This document shows positions 26,077 to 33,356 of a stretch of 33,356 nt of DNA, in pieces. Below the pieces are notes generated by a model. The model saw nothing but the letters and a program-made list of their open reading frames with translations, was not told where the DNA came from and did not search any database. Source of the stretch: an uncultured virus (IMG/VR IMGVR_UViG_3300031088_000775) (Duplodnaviria > Heunggongvirae > Uroviricota > Caudoviricetes); IMG/VR virus record IMGVR_UViG_3300031088_000775, one strand, 5' to 3'. How positions within the stretch are numbered: position 1 is the first letter of the stretch; each line of letters opens with the position of its first letter. The position numbers and the translations under genes were made by a program.

Positions 26077-26286
26077 ATGATTGTTAATTTAAATAAGAAG
26101 GGTCTGACTGTAGGCCAGAAGGCTCAGGTACAGACCGGTGGAGATACGACTGACTACATTGTAGTTCACGTATCAAAGGATGAGACTCTAGTTTGGGCGA
26201 CTGCTCAAGGTAAGTCAGATCTAGTTACTTTCGAGCGAGATGAGAAGGGTGTATACCGCTCTTTCACTCAGGAGCTCCGACTGTAA
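26077..26286 (+). CDS. Small protein, leaderless; distant relative of the 25076/25644 pair
   Basis: TTGAAA-N16-TATAGT ends 7 nt before ATG 26077. LTVGQKAQVQTGGDTTDYIVVHVSKDETLVWA aligns to PAIGMGATHRLGSDEYSYTITRISPSGKRIWL. Confidence 0.65.
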   Translation: MIVNLNKKGLTVGQKAQVQTGGDTTDYIVVHVSKDETLVWATAQGKSDLVTFERDEKGVYRSFTQELRL

Positions 26287-26304
26287 AGTTAAAAATTTTA
26301 GTTT

Positions 26305-26348
26305 AGGCGCTATTGGGTTTTTGATTCCCGGTAGCGCCTTTGTTTTTT
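26305..26348 (+). terminator. Intrinsic terminator
   Basis: AGGCGCTATTGGG/CCCGGTAGCGCCT followed by TTGTTTTTT. Confidence 0.75.
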
Positions 26349-26651
26349 GTGACTTTCGTTATCTTGATAGATATCCCTGGATTCTCAAAGTCAATTTCTA
26401 TAATCAAACAGTCTAATTCTTGAAGTGACTTAAGGGTCATTATTTTTTCGAATTTACGAGGTTTTCTAGAAGAGTTGAAAGACTGGATTTTTGATTGATT
26501 TCATTTTTACATGATTTGAAGAATACTGTAAGAGCGTGATTGTTTCTGGTAGTTGATGTTTATAGATCTTTTAGAAGCATTTTTCGTGAATTTTTATTGA
26601 TATAAATATTGTTGACATTTATCAACGATTTTTATTTCTGGAGGAATTCTC

Positions 26652-28493
26652 ATGTCTGCCGTATCGTCGGTTACCCCTCCCAAGATGAGTCACCGTCAAA
26701 TACTGCAAGCATTGACTGGACTTCTCATGGGTATGTTTGTTTCAATTCTCGCTGGAACAGTAGTTTCTAGCTCATTACCTGTCATCGTTTCAGACTTAAA
26801 CGGTTCGCAAACTTCTTACACTTGGGTTGTAACAGCAACCTTATTAGCGACAACCATATCTACTCCAATTTGGGGTAAATTCGCTGACTTATGGAATCGA
26901 AAGTTACTACTCCAAATTTCTTTAGCATTATTTGTACTAGCTTCTGCGGCGGCTGGCTTTGCTCAAGACACTAACTTCTTGATTGCTATGCGAGTCATAC
27001 AAGGTCTAGCAGGCGGCGGTATGGGAGCGCTATCTCAGATTGTTATGGCTGATATACTTTCACCTAGAGAACGCGGTAAATACATGGGTCTTTTTGGTGC
27101 TGTCATGGCGTTAGGTACTGTCGGTGGGCCTCTTATTGGTGGTTTCATAACTGACACTATCAATTGGCGTTGGAATTTCTTTGTTGCTCTACCTGTAGCC
27201 GTACTTGCTATTTTTATAATTCAGAAAACTCTAAAACTTCCTGAATTAGTAAAGCGTGCAGTAAAAATAGATTACTTCGGCATCATCCTTCTTTCAACTG
27301 GTGTTTCTCTACTCTTGATTTGGATGAGCATGGGTGGTTCGCAATTCGAGTGGAATTCAACTACTAGCTATCTCATGATCGCTGGTTCTATTATTTCACT
27401 TGCTTTATTCGTGTTTACTGAATTGAAGGTTTCAGAACCTTTGATAAGCCTTGAGTTATTCAAGAATCGAACCTTCACTTTCGCTGTTATTGCTTCTCTT
27501 TCTGTTGGCGTGTCGATGTTCAGCACAAGCGTGTTCCTATCGCAGTACATGATCATGGCGCGTGGCGCGACTGCTACAGCCGCTGGGCTCATGACTCTTC
27601 CGATGATGGGTGGATTATTGATTGTCTCTACTATTGCTGGTAATCTTATTTCAAAATTCGGTAAATGGAAGGCATTTGTAGTCACTGGGTCTGTACTCCA
27701 GCTAATAGGATTATTCTTACTTGGGACTATTCACTATGACACCCCATTCTTTATTTTGGGCGTTTACATGTTCATACTTGGTGCTGGCGTTGGTCTTGTC
27801 ATGCAAAACATGGTTCTTGTAGTGCAGAACGCAGTGAACCCTAAAATGTTAGGTGTTGCTTCTTCTTCAGTGAACTTCTTTAGAACTCTTGGTGGTACTG
27901 CAGGTACTGCTGGGCTTGGTGCTGTACTTGCAGTCACTATTCCGAATATGATAGCTGAAAAGCAGTCTCAATTGACTCAAGCTTTAGCGAGTCTTGGTGA
28001 TAAAGCGAATGAGGTAGGCGCTATACTTTCTTCTGATAGCATGCCTACAATTTCAGCACTTCCTGAGCCTATTCGAGAAATTATTTCTTCAGTTTATGGA
28101 GATGGAGTTGCTAGCCTCTTTGCGATTGCTGCGCCGATTTCGATTATTACAATTATTGCTGTAAGCCTTATTCCTAATAAAGAGTTGAGTAGTAAGACAA
28201 ATAGTCAGAAGCTTCAAGAAATAAAGACTGAAGATTCTGCTAAAGGATCAATCCCTGGCGGAAACACTTTAATTGAAAGTGATTTTACTTCTGAGGGCCA
28301 TGAAAAATCTTTGACTTCTGAGGATATGGTTTCAACACCTGTTGACAACTTCTTGAATAGGCGTAAGGCTGAGCATAGGAAAGAGAAGCCTTCAATTGAG
28401 AAGTTGAGTAATTCACTTGACGCAGAAATCGAGAATCTATTAAAAGCAGAAGGTAAAGAAAATCTTGATACTGGGATGCTCCCTAAAATATAG
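26652..28493 (+). CDS. MFS transporter, DHA2 (EmrB/QacA, 14-TMS) drug:H+ antiporter family
   Basis: Motif A WGKFADLWNRK, motif B RVIQGLAGG, motif C GGPLIGGFIT and WRWNFFV; ~14 TM segments; GGAGG RBS; ~100-aa hydrophilic C-terminal tail. Confidence 0.92.
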   Translation: MSAVSSVTPPKMSHRQILQALTGLLMGMFVSILAGTVVSSSLPVIVSDLNGSQTSYTWVVTATLLATTISTPIWGKFADLWNRKLLLQISLALFVLASAAAGFAQDTNFLIAMRVIQGLAGGGMGALSQIVMADILSPRERGKYMGLFGAVMALGTVGGPLIGGFITDTINWRWNFFVALPVAVLAIFIIQKTLKLPELVKRAVKIDYFGIILLSTGVSLLLIWMSMGGSQFEWNSTTSYLMIAGSIISLALFVFTELKVSEPLISLELFKNRTFTFAVIASLSVGVSMFSTSVFLSQYMIMARGATATAAGLMTLPMMGGLLIVSTIAGNLISKFGKWKAFVVTGSVLQLIGLFLLGTIHYDTPFFILGVYMFILGAGVGLVMQNMVLVVQNAVNPKMLGVASSSVNFFRTLGGTAGTAGLGAVLAVTIPNMIAEKQSQLTQALASLGDKANEVGAILSSDSMPTISALPEPIREIISSVYGDGVASLFAIAAPISIITIIAVSLIPNKELSSKTNSQKLQEIKTEDSAKGSIPGGNTLIESDFTSEGHEKSLTSEDMVSTPVDNFLNRRKAEHRKEKPSIEKLSNSLDAEIENLLKAEGKENLDTGMLPKI

Positions 28494-28514
28494 TTTTAGA
28501 TAGCCGAGTCTCTT

Positions 28515-28559
28515 AAAGCGTGGTACAAAGTAACTGACAACGTTTGTACCACGCTTTTT
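28515..28559. terminator. 15-bp inverted repeat terminator between convergent genes
   Basis: AAAGCGTGGTACAAA / TTTGTACCACGCTTT. Confidence 0.75.
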
Positions 28560-28627
28560 AGATTAAAGAATTTTCGGGAATCTCAAAAATAGAATATGCA
28601 TTGAATGAGATTCTTGATAGATGTGAA

Positions 28628-28885
28628 TTACTTTACGCGAGAATCAATCGCTTCTATATTCGAAGAAATATTGTAGGGGAGAGAGTTTGGGTTTTCGCTT
28701 CGATTAAAAGTTAGCCAGCATTCGCTTCCTCCGTTCAAAACGATCTGATGCCACATCTGTGAGCCGTCAAAGTAAGCCTTGCGCGTGACCTTCGGGTTGC
28801 TGTTGACAATTTCAGGCTCGCTTTCGATTACGAGTTTGAGTAAGTGATCGCCTTCATTCTTCAAGGCGTTATTGAAAATCGACAT
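28628..28885 (-). CDS. Hypothetical protein
   Basis: 85-aa ORF in the minus-strand cluster. Confidence 0.6.
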   Translation of the reverse strand: MSIFNNALKNEGDHLLKLVIESEPEIVNSNPKVTRKAYFDGSQMWHQIVLNGGSECWLTFNRSENPNSLPYNISSNIEAIDSRVK

Positions 28886-28985
28886 AGTCTTTTCTTTCAG
28901 TTAGTTTTTGAAAATAGAAAAGTTTAGTAGCGAGGCTTAGTTCTTTTTACCCCGCTACTAAACTGTAATTGTTAATTAAACTTCT

Positions 28986-29246
28986 TCAATTAGCAACCGA
29001 CAGATTTTCCTTCGGCGCATCGAAAGTGAACTCAAGGTCTTTTAGAAATTCGGGCTTCGCGACTGGGTTGCTATTTCGACCGGCTGTGATAAAACCGTTA
29101 GCTACTTCGAGGCTAACAATGCACATACCGATTACAAAATCTTCATTATGCTTTACGCAGTTACCATTAATTTCATTGCAACCGTGAGCCTTCATGATCG
29201 CGTGTGCGACGTTATCGCGGAATTCTCGAGCATTGATCTTCGCCAT
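28986..29246 (-). CDS. Hypothetical protein with His/Cys residues
   Basis: 86 aa with AAGGT RBS; conserved promoter at 29285-29299; followed by a 12-bp hairpin at 28921-28964. Confidence 0.7.
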   Translation of the reverse strand: MAKINAREFRDNVAHAIMKAHGCNEINGNCVKHNEDFVIGMCIVSLEVANGFITAGRNSNPVAKPEFLKDLEFTFDAPKENLSVAN

Positions 29247-29284
29247 GATTCAACCTTAAGTTTGGAGTATTTAAAAAGTTCGTT

Positions 29285-29320
29285 CAATAACAACTATACA
29301 TGAAATTTCCACGATGACAA
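29285..29320 (-). promoter_or_regulatory. Conserved promoter TTGTCA-N16-TATAGT-TGTTATTG
   Basis: Exact 15-mer plus a -35-like box. Confidence 0.7.
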
Positions 29321-29389
29321 ACTTTAAAAACGTAAGAGATTGTTGCTAAGGGTTATAACAATATTTTTACAACCCTTAGCGTCTCTTTA

Positions 29390-29995
29390 TTAGCCTAAGC
29401 GCAAACTGCGAACATGCTGCTCAAACTTATTAGTCTTCAGGTTGTAGACACGCTTACCTTCAACAATCAACCAATCCCCGTCTACCTTTGCATAGCTTCG
29501 GAAAGTGCTAGTAAGGCCCAGGCTAGTGTAAGCAGCTTCATCAGCCTTGATTTCTACGCTGACAGCTTTAAAAGTTTTAGAAAGATTCTTCATTTTCTCC
29601 GGAGTCCATTCAGAAGCTAGAGCCTTGAAGTGCTCACGATTCTTCCGAAGGAGCTCTTTCCGCTCAAACTTCTCTCTTTCTACCGGGTTCTTATGGAAGA
29701 ATGCCAACTGATCAAGCGCCTTGCATTCTTTAGAGTTACCCTTATAAGGAATTAAAAAGCAGGATCCAGGGTTACCGTGGGGAGTATAACCCTCAGCCTC
29801 TTTTTCAGTTTTGAAACCAGTCATCAAACAATCGAAATCGCTGTGGTCAAAATCATCATCCCATTCAGAGTCATAACCATAATCAGGATCATTCCAAGCG
29901 CCGGGCTGATCAAAATACGAAATCCTCTTGAAGTAACCGCGGTTCCAGCTACCATCCTTTGACTGCCAGATTGTATTTTCCCAATGGTAAGACAT
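29390..29995 (-). CDS. Hypothetical protein
   Basis: Probable start MSYHW (29995) after GGAG; promoter variant GTATAGTTGTTGTTG at 30037-30051; hairpin at 29345-29380 downstream. Confidence 0.75.
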   Translation of the reverse strand: MSYHWENTIWQSKDGSWNRGYFKRISYFDQPGAWNDPDYGYDSEWDDDFDHSDFDCLMTGFKTEKEAEGYTPHGNPGSCFLIPYKGNSKECKALDQLAFFHKNPVEREKFERKELLRKNREHFKALASEWTPEKMKNLSKTFKAVSVEIKADEAAYTSLGLTSTFRSYAKVDGDWLIVEGKRVYNLKTNKFEQHVRSLRLG

Positions 29996-30326
29996 TGTTT
30001 TCTCCAAATTAGTTAAGTTTCATTTAAATAACCGTTCAACAACAACTATACATGGAATTTCTGCGTGAGGGTATGTTTGTTTTTACTTTAACTGCAGTCT
30101 TAAGAAGTTCAATGGTTGGGCTGTCGGTAGATATAAGCTAAACAGCGGCACCAGTCAGTCTCACAGCAGCTAAGTTATCTTGTGTGCAAATACCAACATT
30201 AAATATGACCCTCTTAGTCTTGCTGGTAGAGCTGCTAAGATGGTATTCTAGGAATTTCGCTACCCTTGCTTCGAAAAATATTTGCAAAGAATTAAGAAAG
30301 TCTACCTCTTTCTCTTGAGAGTATCC

Positions 30327-30629
30327 CTACGCTACGAGATGAACTGTGTTAGCCTTAAAGTCAACAGAATGCTTATTGAAGAATTCATTGAATATCTCAA
30401 GAAGTCTAGAGAAAGTTTCTTGAGGTATAGAGTTTAGAGAGTCTTCTATGACCCAGTTAGCAAATATTGTTAGAGATTGGGCTGTTTCATCTTTACTGAA
30501 GACTGTTTCATTGAGAAGTAGATTTTTAGAAGTAGCTTTTAGAAGAGGCGTGAGATTACGGTCGAGATTCTTTTCAGCTTCAGCGCTGTATTGTTCAAGT
30601 ATAGTCACTAATTCTTGAAAGACAGTCAT
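30327..30629 (-). CDS. Hypothetical protein
   Basis: 100 aa with GAGGT RBS. Confidence 0.65.
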   Translation of the reverse strand: MTVFQELVTILEQYSAEAEKNLDRNLTPLLKATSKNLLLNETVFSKDETAQSLTIFANWVIEDSLNSIPQETFSRLLEIFNEFFNKHSVDFKANTVHLVA

Positions 30630-30769
30630 TTTTCTCTACCTCAATTTTTGGAAATCCTTATAATTCTATTATTGCCAAATTTTATGTGACTTGCGCAATA
30701 CCTTTGATTAAATTTCTAAACAATTTTAAAAATTTTTAACCCATTCCCGAAAAGAATCAACTGCGGATG

Positions 30770-30813
30770 CTACTCTAGACTAGGAAACATTCTACGTCTC
30801 TAGTCTAGAGTAG
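30770..30813. terminator. 14-bp inverted repeat downstream of 30861..31475
   Basis: CTACTCTAGACTAG / CTAGTCTAGAGTAG. Confidence 0.55.
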
Positions 30814-30860
30814 ATATCTGATTACTCAGAATAAAGTAAAGCGAGAAATAGACTTAAATT

Positions 30861-31475
30861 CTATTTAGTGATTTCTCGAATGACTTCGCCAAGTGACTTA
30901 TTCACTCTGAACTTCTGTGATACCCCGTTGCTACCTACAACATCTACAGTGACTCCAACAAACTCATCATGATCAACAAAGGTGCCAGCAAACTCAGACC
31001 ATGATTCTTCATGAATATTGAAGAAACCAATTGGGGTACCTATTGACTCCTTCTTGACGAAAAAGTCTTGGCGGCTGAATGAATCTTCAAGAAAGGGTAC
31101 TGCATATCCCTTATCGAAAACAAAATGAGAAAGAGACTTCTCGTAATCAACCTTCCAGTCGCTTGCATCTTTGCGTTCACGAGTAAGAATATTGTCTTCG
31201 CGACTCTTAACGGCTTCAAGATCAACCCAAGCCTTATAGATAGCTCGAGTGTAAGTCAGTCCAGTATGGTTAGTAAAATAGTTTCCATACTCGTCAATCT
31301 CTTTGAAGACCTCAGAAAGAGTCATAGAGCGGGTACGGAGAGTAGCGAATGCGTAGATGACTTCATCAAGGTTTACTTCATGGCTCTTTGGCGTGTAGTC
31401 ATCATCAATCTTAATCTCACCGTTGAGATATTTTTCTTCTAGCTCTTTGACAATTCGCTTGCTTACTTTAGCCAT
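30861..31475 (-). CDS. Hypothetical protein
   Basis: 204 aa with GAGGG RBS. Confidence 0.75.
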   Translation of the reverse strand: MAKVSKRIVKELEEKYLNGEIKIDDDYTPKSHEVNLDEVIYAFATLRTRSMTLSEVFKEIDEYGNYFTNHTGLTYTRAIYKAWVDLEAVKSREDNILTRERKDASDWKVDYEKSLSHFVFDKGYAVPFLEDSFSRQDFFVKKESIGTPIGFFNIHEESWSEFAGTFVDHDEFVGVTVDVVGSNGVSQKFRVNKSLGEVIREITK

Positions 31476-31572
31476 TTTCCATCCCTCTAATTGTTCAATC
31501 TTACTTTTAATTGATTCTCAAAAAGTGAGTAGCTATTAAAATCTTATTCAATAGCTACTCACAGTTAGAGCC

Positions 31573-31881
31573 TTAATCGCGCCAGAAGTACATTTCGATG
31601 GAGGAGTAAACCTCGTGGGAAACACCTTCTGGAAGCTTGATTTCCCCATCCATGATAGCCTCACTAACAGCGTAAGCTAGTTCATCGCGATAGGAAATGA
31701 CATCCTCAAAGTGAGTAGAGAAACCTCCCTCTGGAGCCTGAAGGTGATTGTGGTCGAACATCGGAAGACCTTCAGCATTAATAATTGCGTGATGCTTCTT
31801 GCCTCGGAGGTAGTCTTCAATTACAGCAATGATTTCGTTCTGCTCTGCAGTTGGCTGGAATCCGTAGAATGGCTTTGCCAT
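31573..31881 (-). CDS. Acidic hypothetical protein
   Basis: 102 aa with AGGAG RBS; promoter motif at 31920-31934; 13-bp hairpin at 31525-31562 downstream. Confidence 0.75.
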   Translation of the reverse strand: MAKPFYGFQPTAEQNEIIAVIEDYLRGKKHHAIINAEGLPMFDHNHLQAPEGGFSTHFEDVISYRDELAYAVSEAIMDGEIKLPEGVSHEVYSSIEMYFWRD

Positions 31882-31919
31882 GATGTTTGCTCCTGAAAGT
31901 TTTGTTTTTGAAGTTCGTT

Positions 31920-31955
31920 CAATAACAACTATACATTAAAACTGGAGCAGTGCAA
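31920..31955 (-). promoter_or_regulatory. Conserved promoter TTGCAC-N16-TATAGT-TGTTATTG
   Basis: Exact 15-mer plus a -35-like box. Confidence 0.7.
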
Positions 31956-31983
31956 ACAACTTTCAAAAATGCTTAAACTCTAG

Positions 31984-32757
31984 TTAGTCCTCTAAAATCT
32001 CGGGGTGTTCTCTCTTAATCTCTTCAAGAGCTTTTTCAGCGTTAAACCACTCGCTAGTATTAATTAATTTCAATGCAAGGTGCTCTTGAACTCTCGTGCA
32101 TTCCTGCTCTCCTACATAAGTGAGAGTTGTTCCTTCATTAACTTTTGATAGCCTTACTGCTGGTTGAGAGTAACAGTCTGCAGCAGTTTCGAGATTCATA
32201 ATTCCAAGGCCTACTTCATTGACGTTTTCAGGCTTCGGCATTACTTTCGAAAATTCAGAATCCAATTCTAAAAGATTCTTTACAAATTTAAAAGTCCGAA
32301 TAGGATTAGCATATGAAGGGTATCCACCGCTACGCTCTGCTATCATTTCTTTTTGTAGAATATGTGCTAACTCATGGTCATAGATAGCATAGTTTCTGAA
32401 GCCAGGAACAGCACCCCAAGTGTCATCAATATAAATGTTCTTTTCAGATTCTAGAAGATTTACATAACCGGAAAAGTGCATTGACGCATCAGCCGAGCCT
32501 AAAGACAAACCACCTGATTTAAGATTTTCGTAAGAGAGAATATTGATTGTCCCAAAAGTGTCTACATGGGTAAACTGTTCATTATAGCGCTCATTAGCGG
32601 GTGAAGTGAAATATAGTAATGCAGCATTCCCTGAGTAAGCTGCAACAATAAACCCTAGTATAATTACAGTTGAAAATTTTAAGACTTTCTTGATTTTAGA
32701 AACTATATCTTTCAAAGTTGATTGCATCAATATTTTCTTTCTATTTAAAGTCAGCAT
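31984..32757 (-). CDS. Membrane-anchored putative zincin metallopeptidase
   Basis: N-terminal TM segment; YDHELAHILQ (HExxH) and downstream ETAADC (ExxAD). Confidence 0.65.
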   Translation of the reverse strand: MLTLNRKKILMQSTLKDIVSKIKKVLKFSTVIILGFIVAAYSGNAALLYFTSPANERYNEQFTHVDTFGTINILSYENLKSGGLSLGSADASMHFSGYVNLLESEKNIYIDDTWGAVPGFRNYAIYDHELAHILQKEMIAERSGGYPSYANPIRTFKFVKNLLELDSEFSKVMPKPENVNEVGLGIMNLETAADCYSQPAVRLSKVNEGTTLTYVGEQECTRVQEHLALKLINTSEWFNAEKALEEIKREHPEILED

Positions 32758-32870
32758 GAATCTTAAGCGATCTTATCATATGTAAAGTTTTAATGCTTCG
32801 CAAAGTCTTTTTTGCTTTTTAATTCATGAAGTCTTAATCGAGAGGCCTCTGATTAATCGCTATTGATTTT

Positions 32871-33356
32871 TTATTTTCGAGTAGATTCAATAATTTCTCG
32901 AACATGCTTGATTCTTGCTACGTCTTTGAATTGAATCCCAGCGTTACTGTCTCGCTTATTCCATGCTCCGGAAGTTTTTGGTTGAGCCGGCGCTGCAGCA
33001 TCATAGAAATTTAAGGTACCACAACCAAAGATTCTGTCAAGTATCCCCCGCTCTTCACTGATTGAAGCGATGCGGTCAATTCTGATTTCTCGAGAATGCT
33101 TGTAAAGCACTCCCCAATTGTTCTTGACTCTATCGTTAGTAATAGTGAAGACATTGTTCCACCATTGTAGAATTGGAGTGACAACATACCAGACTTCTAA
33201 AAGTAAGATGATCCCATGGACTGCAGGCTGAACCCAAGTAATCTCAGTCTTGATGAAGATGAACGCTAGAAAATGCAAGGCTAGTAAAAACAATTGGATG
33301 ATTAGCGGCTTGAAAAGTATTTTAGGGTGTGTTCTAGCTTTATACAGAATTTCCAT
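32871..33356 (-). CDS. Membrane-flanked bacterial PH-domain protein (bPH_2/YdbS-like); start may lie beyond the window
   Basis: Two TM segments, then FTITNDRV...GVL...REIRIDRI......ILDRIFGCGTL. Confidence 0.8.
   Translation of the reverse strand: MEILYKARTHPKILFKPLIIQLFLLALHFLAFIFIKTEITWVQPAVHGIILLLEVWYVVTPILQWWNNVFTITNDRVKNNWGVLYKHSREIRIDRIASISEERGILDRIFGCGTLNFYDAAAPAQPKTSGAWNKRDSNAGIQFKDVARIKHVREIIESTRK

Noticed and set aside
30110..30290. Moderately GC-rich gap: possible ~49-aa minus-strand ORF (TTG start) or structured RNA
   Set aside because: The SD is too distant from the TTG and only short helices were found, so neither reading is supportable.

Overview
AT-rich window (roughly 35-38% GC by eye), densely packed with about 45 mostly short genes in mixed orientation. 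It has no core housekeeping operons, rRNA, tRNA, CRISPR, transposase, integrase or virion structural genes. The layout suggests the accessory region of a very large phage or giant plasmid-like element; several genes and leaderless starts look actinobacterial, which is an inference. Recognisable products are a HAD-family hydrolase, HNH nuclease, RecX-like protein, divergent macrodomain, Pth2-like peptidyl-tRNA hydrolase, MmcB-like PD-(D/E)xK nuclease, secreted M23 peptidase with about 7 SH3-like repeats, LURP/tubby-like lipoprotein, DHA2 MFS transporter, HExxH protein and bacterial PH-domain protein. The main unexplained structure has six parts: (1) a ~180-bp multi-hairpin intergenic element in four near-identical copies plus one deleted/remodelled copy, with compensatory base changes; (2) a dispersed family of 6-7 unknown paralogs ending in an (E/S)-S-x-P-x-x-W motif, often next to that element; (3) a recurring GTATAGTTGTTATTG promoter motif ahead of about 11 mostly small genes; (4) two unrelated proteins sharing an N-terminal H-C-x5-C-HFDS-EEA module; (5) a GC-rich, foldable intergenic segment at ~14940-15100; (6) further duplicated gene pairs and triplets.
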